Source of the DNA: Patescibacteria group bacterium
Lineage (GTDB): Bacteria; Patescibacteriota; Saccharimonadia; UBA4664
Length of the DNA stretch: 64,000 nt
NCBI GenBank assembly: GCA_028288925.1
Contig: JAQGHG010000010.1
Span: forward strand, 8,057-72,056
Reading direction: 5' to 3'
In this document: piece by piece, positions 20,031 through 29,058 of the stretch
How positions within the stretch are numbered: position 1 is the first letter of the stretch
Layout: the number at the start of each line of letters is the position of its first letter
Made by a program: the position numbers and the translations under genes
Notes under the pieces: generated by a model
The model's input: only the letters and a program-made list of their open reading frames with translations
Told to the model about the DNA's origin: nothing
Database searches by the model: none

Positions 20031-21580
20031 GGCGCTGGAGCAAGTGGGCGGTGGCGCGCAAGTCGGTCTTGCTGCTGCTGATAGCCGGCATGATGACGGC
20101 CGGCCTGATGGCGTTCCACCGCAACCGCATGGTTTTGATGCACCAGCAGCCATACTACGCGGCGCTCTACCTACAGATAGCCCGGTACAAAGCCGGGAGC
20201 CTATTGGGCAAGTACTTCGACCGGCCGGTTCAGGCCAGCTCCAGGCCGGGCCACGCCGTATCGGTGCCGGTGCTGGTGTACCATGGGGTGCGCCCGAAGC
20301 CCGAGGGCGAGAATATCGACGTTACCAACTTTGCCGAGCAGCTCATCGCGCTCAAACGCGACGGCTGGCAGACAGTGAGCATCCAGGATTATTACGACTT
20401 TATGCGTCACGGCAAGCAGCTGCCGCTCAAGTCGTTTGTGATTACATTCGACGACGCGCGCAAGGATAGTTATTACCCGGTGGATCCCCTGCTGGCGGCG
20501 CTGAATTTCCATGCCACGATGTTTGTTATTACAAAGTCTTCGTTTGATCCGATAGAAAACAAGTTTTATCTGGACAAGGCTGAACTTTTGCGTATGCGTG
20601 ATAGTGGCCGCTGGGACCTCCAGCCGCACGCCGCTTACGGCCATTATCTCTACCCGGTGGACGCCAAGGGAACGCTGGGGCATTTCTACGACAATAAGCT
20701 CTGGCTGTCGGACGCCAAGCGTCTGGAGACCGGGCAAGAGGTGTCGGAGCGGACGCTGGGCGACCTTGAGCTGGCCAAGCGCGAGATGAAGCAGGAGGTG
20801 GGCAGCAGCGGCATCGCGTTCGCGTTCCCGTTTAATGAATTTGGGGCCGGGTCGCTGAACTTTCCCGGTGCTCAGGCGGCGCTGACGAATAATGCCGGGA
20901 AAGTTTTTCCCATAGCGTTTTACCAAATCTGGCCCAACAAGGGTAATTCGCAGAATTATCCGCAGGACCCGTCGTTTTTGATGAAGCGTATTTTGATTGA
21001 ATCGGACCTGAACGCGTCAAAGCTGCTCAAGATTCTGCATACCAGCGGGGCCAAACCGCTGCCGTATACCAACGATATGACGCGCAAAACCAGCGACTGG
21101 CTAAGTACGTGGGGCGATGAGCATTGGGGACCGGGCGGTCTGACCATCGACGCCAGCCCGGACGGCACCGGCGCGGCTATGTTTGTAGACGGCGGCGGGG
21201 CCTGGCGCGATTACTTGGTGAATGCCCGGCTGCACTTGGAGCGCGGCCAATGGGCCCGGGTATTGGGCCGCTTCCGCGATGACCGCAACTATGTATCGTG
21301 CAGTTATTCTTCCCGCGGCGTGCTCATGGAAGAGACGGTCGACGGCGTGACGCATGAACTCGAAGATATTGATATGCCGGTGCCCACGGGTGATTTCCGA
21401 GCGGAACTGGGCGTAAATGGATCGCGCGTAGAGTGTAAGATTGATGGTAAGATTGTGACCTACGATGATGGATTAACTCCGGTGTTGGGGTATGGAAGCG
21501 CGGGCTTTTCCTCGTATGATCCCGCCAAGCATAACAGCCAGGTGCGGATTAGCGACATGCGTGTCGAACCGTTAGAGTAG
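20027..21580 (+). CDS. Polysaccharide deacetylase (IcaB/PgaB-like CE4) with C-terminal ConA-like domain
   Basis: VPVLVYHG, ITFDD, WDLQPH..GH and FAFPF motifs; ATGA overlap with the GT2. Confidence 0.85.
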   Translation: MRRWSKWAVARKSVLLLLIAGMMTAGLMAFHRNRMVLMHQQPYYAALYLQIARYKAGSLLGKYFDRPVQASSRPGHAVSVPVLVYHGVRPKPEGENIDVTNFAEQLIALKRDGWQTVSIQDYYDFMRHGKQLPLKSFVITFDDARKDSYYPVDPLLAALNFHATMFVITKSSFDPIENKFYLDKAELLRMRDSGRWDLQPHAAYGHYLYPVDAKGTLGHFYDNKLWLSDAKRLETGQEVSERTLGDLELAKREMKQEVGSSGIAFAFPFNEFGAGSLNFPGAQAALTNNAGKVFPIAFYQIWPNKGNSQNYPQDPSFLMKRILIESDLNASKLLKILHTSGAKPLPYTNDMTRKTSDWLSTWGDEHWGPGGLTIDASPDGTGAAMFVDGGGAWRDYLVNARLHLERGQWARVLGRFRDDRNYVSCSYSSRGVLMEETVDGVTHELEDIDMPVPTGDFRAELGVNGSRVECKIDGKIVTYDDGLTPVLGYGSAGFSSYDPAKHNSQVRISDMRVEPLE

Positions 21581-21607
21581 ACGCGGACGAGGCGAAGGAG
21601 GGTTGAT

Positions 21608-22546
21608 GTGCAGCGGAGATTTGTAACCATGGCTCTGACGGCGGCCGTAACACTGGCGCTGGCAGGTTTAATACTGGGGACTATTGCCCTGGCCCGGCAT
21701 CAGCGCTCGGGGCGGGCTAGCCCGCCATCCACGGAGTCTGTGCGCGCTCCCGGAGGGTCTCCTGGTGCGCGGCCGGAGATCTCGCGCAGCTTTAGCGATA
21801 CCTTTCGTACTAGCGGCACGCTGGCGGAGACCGGCGGCATGGGCGAGAGCGCGAGCCCGAATTGGTGGCTCAATTCGGGTGGCCTGGTTTCGTTTTTGAA
21901 CGGTTACGGGCAGACCATCCAGGGCGCGCTGCCGGCGAATTCCCGCTGGCGCCAGCAATATGACAAGAATAATCCGGCCGATACCGACGGCGGGCTGCAC
22001 CCTCAGAATATTTTTCGCCTGGTGACGCGCTCGCGCTTCCGTCAACTGCGGCAAGAGGTCTTCTTCCGCGTCGACGCCGACGAGCTGTCTCCGAGCTCCC
22101 AACGGGCCGCTTCGAACGGTGTGCTGCTCTTCAACCGGTATCAAGATGGCAATAATCTCTACTACACTGGTCTGCGCGTGGACGGGCACGCGGTTATTAA
22201 GAAGAAACAGAGTTTAACCAAGGGGGCGGGCGGCACGTACTTTACCATGGCCGAGAAGCCAGTCTTCGAAGGCGAGTATAATCGTGCTACAAAGCCAAAT
22301 CTTTTGCCGAAGCAAACCTGGATCGGGCTCCGCAGCGTCGTGACCACGCTGGCAAACGGCACGGTGGATGTGCAATTGTGGTCCGACCTCGGCAAGACTG
22401 GAAATTGGCAGCCGCTGCTGGAGGCGACCGATGACGGCCGCGGCTTTGGCGGCGCGCCGATTACCGCTGATGGCTACGGCGGTGTCCGCACAGATTTTAT
22501 GGACGTAAGTCTACGCCAATATTCTATTTCGGAATTAAATCGTTAA
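21608..22546 (+). CDS. Secreted ConA/lectin-like beta-sandwich hypothetical protein
   Basis: N-terminal TM; RYQDGNNLYY..G.R motif parallels RFRDDRNY of the upstream protein. Confidence 0.6.
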   Translation: MQRRFVTMALTAAVTLALAGLILGTIALARHQRSGRASPPSTESVRAPGGSPGARPEISRSFSDTFRTSGTLAETGGMGESASPNWWLNSGGLVSFLNGYGQTIQGALPANSRWRQQYDKNNPADTDGGLHPQNIFRLVTRSRFRQLRQEVFFRVDADELSPSSQRAASNGVLLFNRYQDGNNLYYTGLRVDGHAVIKKKQSLTKGAGGTYFTMAEKPVFEGEYNRATKPNLLPKQTWIGLRSVVTTLANGTVDVQLWSDLGKTGNWQPLLEATDDGRGFGGAPITADGYGGVRTDFMDVSLRQYSISELNR

Positions 22547-22605
22547 AATAACTAAAGCTTTTGTGGCTTGAGTATGGTTAATTCTATGCTTATGGAGGCA
22601 CACAA

Positions 22606-23979
22606 ATGACACCAGTGAGAGAAGCTATATTCCGTTCGGGCCGGTTTTTTTTGGTAACGTTATCAGTACTTCTCGCGCCATTGGTGTTTCATACAATTCC
22701 GGCGGCACAGGCCGCTCCGCAGACGGTGGTGAGCTTGACGTTTGATGACGGCTCGGCCGATCAGGCCACGGCGGCCCAACTACTGGCAAACCATGGTATG
22801 CACGGCACGTTTTACGTCAATAGTGCCCGGCTCGGCACGAGTGATTACCTGACCTCCGCCGGGGTGAAGCAACTACAGGACGCCGGCCAGGAGATTGGCG
22901 GGCATACGCTCAGCCATCCCGACCTCACGACACAGAGCGCGGCGCAGCAACAGCACGAAATCTGCGACGACCGGACCGCGCTCAAGAACATGGGGCTAAC
23001 TATCAATAATTTCGCCTATCCCTTCGGCTCTTATGACGGCACGACCCAAAATATCGTCCGCCAGTGCGGCTACGCGAGTGCGCGGAGCGTGGGCGGCATC
23101 AGCTGTAGCGGCTGCGATCCGGCCGAATCGATTCCCCCGGCCGATGCCTACGGGGTGCAGACACCGGATTCCATTAAATCCGACACAACGCTTGCCACGA
23201 TGGAGGCGTACGTAACCAAGGCTGAGGCCGGGGGTGGCTGGGTAGTGCTGGTGATGCACCACATCTGTAGCGGCGGCGGCTGCGATACGTACTCGGTGAG
23301 CCCGGCGACCCTAGACGCGTTCTTGGGCTGGCTGCAGGCGCGCGCGAGCCGCGGCACGGTGGCGCGGACGGTGGGTGAAGCTTTGGGTAGTAGCCCGACG
23401 CCCAGCCCAACGCCAACGTCCACTCCCTCGCCCTCACCCAGTCCGAGCCCGTCGCCCAGCCCAAGTCCGAGCCCGTCGCCATCGCCGAGCCCCAGTCCCA
23501 CGCCGGGGCTCCAGAATCCCTCCTTGGAGACCGACGCCAGCGCCGATCTGACGCCGGATTGCTGGCAGTTGGGCGGCTATGGCACCAATGCCTCCACCTG
23601 GACGCGCACAGCCGACGCGCATAGCGGTAGCTTCGCGGAGAAACTGCAGATCACGAGCATTACGGATGGCGACCGCAAGCTCGTCACCCAGCAGCACGAC
23701 AACACGTGCGCGCCCACCGCGAAGGCCGGGCGCACCAACACGCTCCAAGCCTGGTACAAGTCGGACCAGCCGGTATATCTGGTGGCGTATTACCAGGACG
23801 CCGCCGGGGTGTGGAACTTCTGGGACCAGAGCCCGGCGCTGCCGGCCAGTACGGTTTACGCGCGGGCGAGCTGGACTACTCCGGTGGCGCCCAGCGCGGC
23901 GGTGCGATTGAGCTTCGGCCTGAGCCTGCGCAAGGTTGGGACGGTGACGATGGATGACTTTAGTTTGGTACAGAACTAG
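22606..23979 (+). CDS. Secreted CE4 polysaccharide deacetylase with Pro/Ser linker and CBM-like domain
   Basis: Signal peptide; LTFDDG, HTLSHP, FAYPFG and LVMHH motifs; (SP)n linker; NPSLE..DDFSL CBM4/16-like module. Confidence 0.92.
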   Translation: MTPVREAIFRSGRFFLVTLSVLLAPLVFHTIPAAQAAPQTVVSLTFDDGSADQATAAQLLANHGMHGTFYVNSARLGTSDYLTSAGVKQLQDAGQEIGGHTLSHPDLTTQSAAQQQHEICDDRTALKNMGLTINNFAYPFGSYDGTTQNIVRQCGYASARSVGGISCSGCDPAESIPPADAYGVQTPDSIKSDTTLATMEAYVTKAEAGGGWVVLVMHHICSGGGCDTYSVSPATLDAFLGWLQARASRGTVARTVGEALGSSPTPSPTPTSTPSPSPSPSPSPSPSPSPSPSPSPSPTPGLQNPSLETDASADLTPDCWQLGGYGTNASTWTRTADAHSGSFAEKLQITSITDGDRKLVTQQHDNTCAPTAKAGRTNTLQAWYKSDQPVYLVAYYQDAAGVWNFWDQSPALPASTVYARASWTTPVAPSAAVRLSFGLSLRKVGTVTMDDFSLVQN

Positions 23980-24521
23980 AGCGCGAGCGCGATTTCACTG
24001 GGGTCTTCGCCGCGGTTGGCGAGTTCGTGCATGCGAAGCGTGGCATCGGCGACATCGTCGGGGCGGGGCGCTTTGTGGAAGATGAATTTCTCGAGCGCGC
24101 CGGCCGTCTGCACTTCTACGTCGCCATAGTTGAAGATGGTCGGGAAAATGCCGGCCTTGTTGCCAGTGGCGTCCTGTACATGCTTATAGCTAAGCTGTGA
24201 GACCCGGCGGCTAAAGATCCCCTGCTGCTCGACCTGCACGAGGTGCACATTGGTAAAGACGAGCACGTTGCGCCGGTAATTGAAAATGCCGATAAAGAGG
24301 ATGAGGGCGCCGATTATGGGCATAATGACGACCATGGCTATTACCATGGCGGGCGGAAACGGGATGGTGGCGGGAAATTGAGTGTAGCCGAACCACAAGA
24401 GAACCGACAGGATAATTAATATGACAAAAGCGGCTACGGGCGGAATAATATCAATGATATGGCGGCGGATAACCCGCAATATGCGCTCGCCGGGATCGGG
24501 CCGAAAGCCGTATTCATTCAT
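23976..24521 (-). CDS. PH-domain (bPH_2) membrane protein
   Basis: 2 TM helices; FTN..QQGIFSRRVSQL..VQD..IFNYGDVEVQTAG. Confidence 0.88.
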   Translation of the reverse strand: MNEYGFRPDPGERILRVIRRHIIDIIPPVAAFVILIILSVLLWFGYTQFPATIPFPPAMVIAMVVIMPIIGALILFIGIFNYRRNVLVFTNVHLVQVEQQGIFSRRVSQLSYKHVQDATGNKAGIFPTIFNYGDVEVQTAGALEKFIFHKAPRPDDVADATLRMHELANRGEDPSEIALAL

Positions 24522-25576
24522 TAGCTAACCTTACCAAAGCCGGAAACCGCCAGCAAGACGATGATGACGGCTAGGCCGCTGATCTGGGCGGCAGCCGTGA
24601 GGCGGTAATGGGTGGTGCGCCAGCGGGCGAGGCCTTTGCGCCAGACGGTCATGTGGGTGTGGAAGTAGACCGCCAGGAGAATGATGAGCAGGAAGATGGT
24701 GACGAGCGTGCCCCAGGTGAGCGTGCGGCCGAGCGACAGTGGCTTGAAGAGGCTGTAGCTGACCGGCGCGGGAGCACTGGTGCCGGCACTCACCCGGCCT
24801 TTGACGGCCGGCACTACCGGTGTAGAGGTAGGTACAGGCGTGGCGGCCGGGGTAGCCACTGCCACCGTGGGGGCCGGGGTAGGTTCGGTGGTAGGCGCGG
24901 GAGTAGCAGCCGGCTGGACGGGGGGCTTGGCGGCCGGGGTGGGTGGCGCGGCCACGGTCGCGGTCACCGTATTAGCTCCCGTGGAGCCATAGTGCGCCAC
25001 TACCAGGGTAGTCTGGCCGCCCACGAGCGTGCCGTTTTGGACAGCAAAGCCGACGTCGGTGTAGTTGGCGTTGAGGATGTTGGCACGGTGGCCGGGCGAG
25101 TTCATCCAGCCTTGTGTGGCGCCGGCCGAGGTGTCGAAGTCTTTGGCCAGGTTTTCGCCGGCGTATTTGTAAGGATAGCCGGCTTGATTAAACCAATACC
25201 ACGGCTGGATTCCACTGGGGCTCACATGCGCCCAGTAGTCTTCGGCGAACATATTGCCGGCCTTGAGGCTGGCGCTTTGGTTGAGCCGCGAGTCTAGGCG
25301 CAGCGCGGGGAGCCCGGCGGCGGCGCGCTCGGCATTGGTCTGGTTGAGCAGGTCGACCGGCGTAATATCGCTGGCGTAGGCCAAGACATGCCCGCTGCCC
25401 CCCACCAGCCGAGCCGAGGCCGGCTGCAGCGCATAGGCCGAGGCCTGCACGCCCAATATAAGCACGGCCATAACCGCCAGGCCGTGCGCGCGGATGAGAT
25501 GCGGCCGGTGATTATTGTGCTTGTGGGGGACAAACCAATGGCGGATGTGGCGGAAAGTTTTGGACGGATGCTTCAT
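24521..25576 (-). CDS. CAP/SCP domain protein with Pro-rich linker and C-terminal TMs
   Basis: TNAER, YWAHVSP, YAGENLA and WMNSPGHRANIL motifs. Confidence 0.92.
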   Translation of the reverse strand: MKHPSKTFRHIRHWFVPHKHNNHRPHLIRAHGLAVMAVLILGVQASAYALQPASARLVGGSGHVLAYASDITPVDLLNQTNAERAAAGLPALRLDSRLNQSASLKAGNMFAEDYWAHVSPSGIQPWYWFNQAGYPYKYAGENLAKDFDTSAGATQGWMNSPGHRANILNANYTDVGFAVQNGTLVGGQTTLVVAHYGSTGANTVTATVAAPPTPAAKPPVQPAATPAPTTEPTPAPTVAVATPAATPVPTSTPVVPAVKGRVSAGTSAPAPVSYSLFKPLSLGRTLTWGTLVTIFLLIILLAVYFHTHMTVWRKGLARWRTTHYRLTAAAQISGLAVIIVLLAVSGFGKVS

Positions 25577-25630
25577 TAGATATAAAAAGCCTTGTGCTTA
25601 AGGCTATTGTATACGGTTTTTGGCTCGTGC

Positions 25631-26809
25631 CTAGCGGTCAAACAACCAGAGCCCTATTTCTTCATCATAAAGACGCTTGGCGAAGTCATGGAAGACAATG
25701 GCGTCGGGAGAATTAAGCGGCTGGTCTTTTTTCCAATACGACCAGTTCGTGGCTTCGTCGACGGCGCTTTTGTCCTGCGAAAACAGATTGATAGATACTT
25801 GGTAACCCTGGCCTTTGAGCTTGAGCGCCTCATCTACGATGCCGCCCAGAATGGCCTGCCGCTTCTCGGGTGTGAGCGTGACCGTGTCGTGTTCGTCTAA
25901 GGTGTACTTACGGCCGAAGGAACCGGTGTTGAGCCAAATCTGCTTAACGCCGAGCTGGTCGGCCGCTTCTTTGGCCAAAGTCGCGTTGAGGTACTCGCTG
26001 GCGTCAAAGATGCCGGCACCTGGCTTTTTGGCACGGGGCGTCCAAGGGAAGCCCTGTAGGCCGAAACTATCAATGAGGCCGCGACTAATACCTTTGACAT
26101 AGGGCACGAGGCTGACATATTCGCCCTTGGCCCAGTCGAAGTCGTCGTTAGTGTACGTAGCGGAGTTGAGCATCACGCTAGCTTTTGATTTAGGGAAGTA
26201 GGTCTTCTGGATGTTAACGAAACGGTTGATATTGGCGGCGAAGTCGGCGGGGGTGGAGTTATGGTGGTTCCAATACGGGAGATTCGCCTCAGGGAAGGCC
26301 ACCCACATGCCCATCTGCTCGTCGGTGACACCGTTTGCCTTGAGGTTTGTAAAGTAAGCTGTAATCCAGGGGTCATAGAGGCCATCGCGAAATTCAGTAA
26401 AGTCAACGCTCCCCCAGCTAGCCACCGGCTCCATCACTACTAGTGGCATAACGCCATAATGTTTAAACTCTTTCAGACGCACAGCCATATCAGCGGCCAT
26501 CTGCTTGGCCTCTAGGGCGTCTTTTGGCATATCGGTGAATGTCATCATGGCGCTGGCGGCATATGAGCTACAGGCAGTCTGGAAAGCAGGCAAGGTACGG
26601 AGCTCGGGGGCGCTAGCCTTCTCAAGCCCACGAACAGGATCCCGGGCGTCACATCTGCTGCTGACGGTGTAAGTCTTGGCTTTATGCAGCCAGAGTTTGG
26701 GAAGGCTCACGATATGCTGGCCGCGTAGTCCCACTGAAGCAGTGTCCACGGCAAAGAGCGCCACAAGAAAGAAAATAAGGGTACAGATGATAATATCGCG
26801 GCGTTTCAT
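25631..26809 (-). CDS. Secreted GH26-like TIM-barrel protein
   Basis: N-terminal TM; PLVVMEP, GLYDPWI..F, FPEANLPYW and DSFGLQG resemble clan GH-A barrels. Confidence 0.55.
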   Translation of the reverse strand: MKRRDIIICTLIFFLVALFAVDTASVGLRGQHIVSLPKLWLHKAKTYTVSSRCDARDPVRGLEKASAPELRTLPAFQTACSSYAASAMMTFTDMPKDALEAKQMAADMAVRLKEFKHYGVMPLVVMEPVASWGSVDFTEFRDGLYDPWITAYFTNLKANGVTDEQMGMWVAFPEANLPYWNHHNSTPADFAANINRFVNIQKTYFPKSKASVMLNSATYTNDDFDWAKGEYVSLVPYVKGISRGLIDSFGLQGFPWTPRAKKPGAGIFDASEYLNATLAKEAADQLGVKQIWLNTGSFGRKYTLDEHDTVTLTPEKRQAILGGIVDEALKLKGQGYQVSINLFSQDKSAVDEATNWSYWKKDQPLNSPDAIVFHDFAKRLYDEEIGLWLFDR

Positions 26810-28071
26810 CCTACGCCCTCTACACCCTTGCGATCCCAGCGCTGCCATTCTATATCTTCGCCGCGCATAACCATAAACAGGCTCTTTAGGAGCACGATGT
26901 ACTCAACCCAGACGAGCACATAGAACAATGGCCAGGTTAGAGGAAAGAGCCCGAGCACGTGCAGCTGGAGTTTTTGATGGCTAAACAGGGCCACCACAAG
27001 GTATGTGACGGAGACAAACATAACACCTAGGGCAAGTGAGATGAAATCGCCCGACAAGAAGCTATAGGTAAGCAAGAGACTGATGCCGATGGGTTCAAAT
27101 AGGAGCTGAAGTTCGGCCAGTAAGGTATATGGCAACACAAACCACGCCAATGAACGATTGTGCCGCTTATCCCGAGAGAAGAAGATGCGGCGGTACTTCA
27201 TAAACGTGTCGAATCGGCCTTTCTTCCAGCGCAAGCGCTGATTGATAAGGCCTTTGATGGTGGATGCTCCTTCCGTGTGACAGATCACGTCCTCGGCATA
27301 GACGGAATTGAGGCCGTAGTATCGAGTGCGCAGCGACATCTCGATGTCCTCAGTCTTGTTTTCGCCGTCAAATAGGCCGAGGCGATCGAAGGTGGTGGTA
27401 CGGCGGAAGGCGGCGCAGGCTCCGCCGTAGATGTATTCGGCTCCCAGAACGGAGTGGGCTCGTTTGTAGTAAAAACCAAATAGGTATTCGAGCGACTGGA
27501 GACGCCCGATGAGGGTAGCATTGTAGGCGACCTTGACGTTGCCTACAACCGCGTCCACGCTAGGGTCCTTGAAATATTCTACGAGGTTACTGATAGCATC
27601 GCGCTCAAAAACCGTATCGGCGTCCATGGTTACCACGATGTCGCCGCGGGAATGCTCGATGCCGTGATTGAGGGCGTGCCCCTTGCCGCCATTTTCCTTG
27701 TAGAAGTATTTGACCCGCGGGTTAGTCCGCCGAACAAGCTCCGGGTGTTGCGATAGGAACCTCATCATCTGGTTGTGCGAGCGGTCTGTGGAACCATCGT
27801 TTACCACTATAACTTCGAGATTGGGGTATGAATTGCGCAAGAGTGACCGGACAGTTTTGAGAAGACCAACCTCTTCGTTCCAGGCTGGTACGATCACCGA
27901 TACGCGCGGTTCATAGGGCTGGAGGTGCAGACGGGCGACCCGGCGGCGACGCAACGCTTCCTTGACGGTGTGTAATGGCGAGATGAGCAAGAACACATAG
28001 TATTTGATGAGCATGGCGCTGGCGAAGAAGACCGCCCAGCCCCGCAAAATTTCAAACCAGTGAGTATCCAA
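26806..28071 (-). CDS. Processive GT2 (PgaC/IcaA/cellulose synthase-like)
   Basis: VPAWNEE, NDGSTD, NGGKGHALN, DADT, TEDIE and QRLRWKKG motifs. Confidence 0.92.
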   Translation of the reverse strand: MDTHWFEILRGWAVFFASAMLIKYYVFLLISPLHTVKEALRRRRVARLHLQPYEPRVSVIVPAWNEEVGLLKTVRSLLRNSYPNLEVIVVNDGSTDRSHNQMMRFLSQHPELVRRTNPRVKYFYKENGGKGHALNHGIEHSRGDIVVTMDADTVFERDAISNLVEYFKDPSVDAVVGNVKVAYNATLIGRLQSLEYLFGFYYKRAHSVLGAEYIYGGACAAFRRTTTFDRLGLFDGENKTEDIEMSLRTRYYGLNSVYAEDVICHTEGASTIKGLINQRLRWKKGRFDTFMKYRRIFFSRDKRHNRSLAWFVLPYTLLAELQLLFEPIGISLLLTYSFLSGDFISLALGVMFVSVTYLVVALFSHQKLQLHVLGLFPLTWPLFYVLVWVEYIVLLKSLFMVMRGEDIEWQRWDRKGVEGVG

Positions 28072-28075
28072 TGTT

Positions 28076-28729
28076 CTACTGTCCTATATTCTGCAGGCTA
28101 ACAAACTCTGCTTTGGCGGTAGTGATAGTGCCCGTGGTAGTATCTTCTAGATCAAGTAAGAGCTGCCCCTGACGGCTCTCGGGGAGAAGGTACTGTCCCG
28201 TCTTGGCCTCCATATGGCTTACGGTCGTAATGCGATACATGTAGCGCCAGCCTTTGTCGGTGTCGACAAAGATATTGCCGTCCACTGTGAGTGCGCTTGG
28301 GTCGTCGATAGTACGCCAACCTTGCCGTAAGTACACCAGGAGATCGCCAAGGTTACCGCTTTTGGCGGTGGTGAGCAGAAGGTAGTGGCCTGTGTTTGAG
28401 CGGGCCTCCCAAGTGTTGTTGGGGGTGGTGATAGCCGGAGCCAGAGGGAGCTTTACCTGGCGGCTGGCGATGCGCAAGGTGGTGGGGGCACCATAGCCGC
28501 CGATGCGCTTGGAGGGATCGGCGGCGTAGGCCGACTTGGGAACGCTGGGGGCGAAGGGTTTGGCGTCGACTTTGGCGACAGCGGTAGCAAACGGTAAGTC
28601 TTGATCGAAGGCCGTCTCATAGCTATTAGTAAAGATGTAAACGGTGAGCACGCCGGACGCCAACATCAAGAGGGTCGTAATGGTACGACCGAAGACACGG
28701 CGGGCACTGACGTGGCGTCGACGCTTCAT
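28076..28729 (-). CDS. Sortase-fold membrane protein lacking catalytic His and Cys
   Basis: TM; PTTLRI..VKLP; W..GH; GNLGDLLVYLR at the G.xxxxGH position; NIFVDT..YMYRI; QLLLDLE at the LTLxTC position. The protein has no Cys. Confidence 0.6.
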   Translation of the reverse strand: MKRRRHVSARRVFGRTITTLLMLASGVLTVYIFTNSYETAFDQDLPFATAVAKVDAKPFAPSVPKSAYAADPSKRIGGYGAPTTLRIASRQVKLPLAPAITTPNNTWEARSNTGHYLLLTTAKSGNLGDLLVYLRQGWRTIDDPSALTVDGNIFVDTDKGWRYMYRITTVSHMEAKTGQYLLPESRQGQLLLDLEDTTTGTITTAKAEFVSLQNIGQ

Positions 28730-28854
28730 CGTTGCGGCACCTTCTTGAGCTTTAGCACGAATAGGATGAGGAGAACGACGGCGTTTACAATAACTACGCT
28801 GCTCACAAAGAAAGCGAACAGCACGACCAGGGCTTGGTAAGGGCTAACGGACAC
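28726..28854 (-). CDS. 42-aa single-TM micro-protein (not in ORF track)
   Basis: GGAG RBS, GTG start, MSVSPYQALVVLFAFFVSSVVIVNAVVLLILFVLKLKKVPQR, ATGA overlap with the next gene. Confidence 0.7.
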   Translation of the reverse strand: MSVSPYQALVVLFAFFVSSVVIVNAVVLLILFVLKLKKVPQR

Positions 28855-28995
28855 TATTGTTTCTCCAACCTATACGCGGCTATTTTGAATGGTAGCGCTA
28901 GCTTCCGTTTTTATCACGTTTGGCCCTCAGAGTCAAAGCTGCGGGCTTGGCATAAGCATTATCACAAGGCGCGAATGCCAGCTCTACAGGCCTGC

Positions 28996-29024
28996 AAAAA
29001 CCCCGCTTGGGGCGGGGGGTTTTT
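28996..29024 (-). terminator. Intrinsic terminator after the deacetylase
   Basis: AAAAACCCCGC-TTGG-GGCGGGGGGTTTTT. Confidence 0.75.
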
Positions 29025-29058
29025 ATTGCATCGGACTGATTCCTGGACCAGGAAGGTG

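Noticed and set aside
23392-23505. Pro/Ser repeat DNA (also ~30205-30370) as a VNTR or mobile repeat
   Set aside because: Codon-diverse inter-domain linkers typical of secreted carbohydrate-active enzymes.
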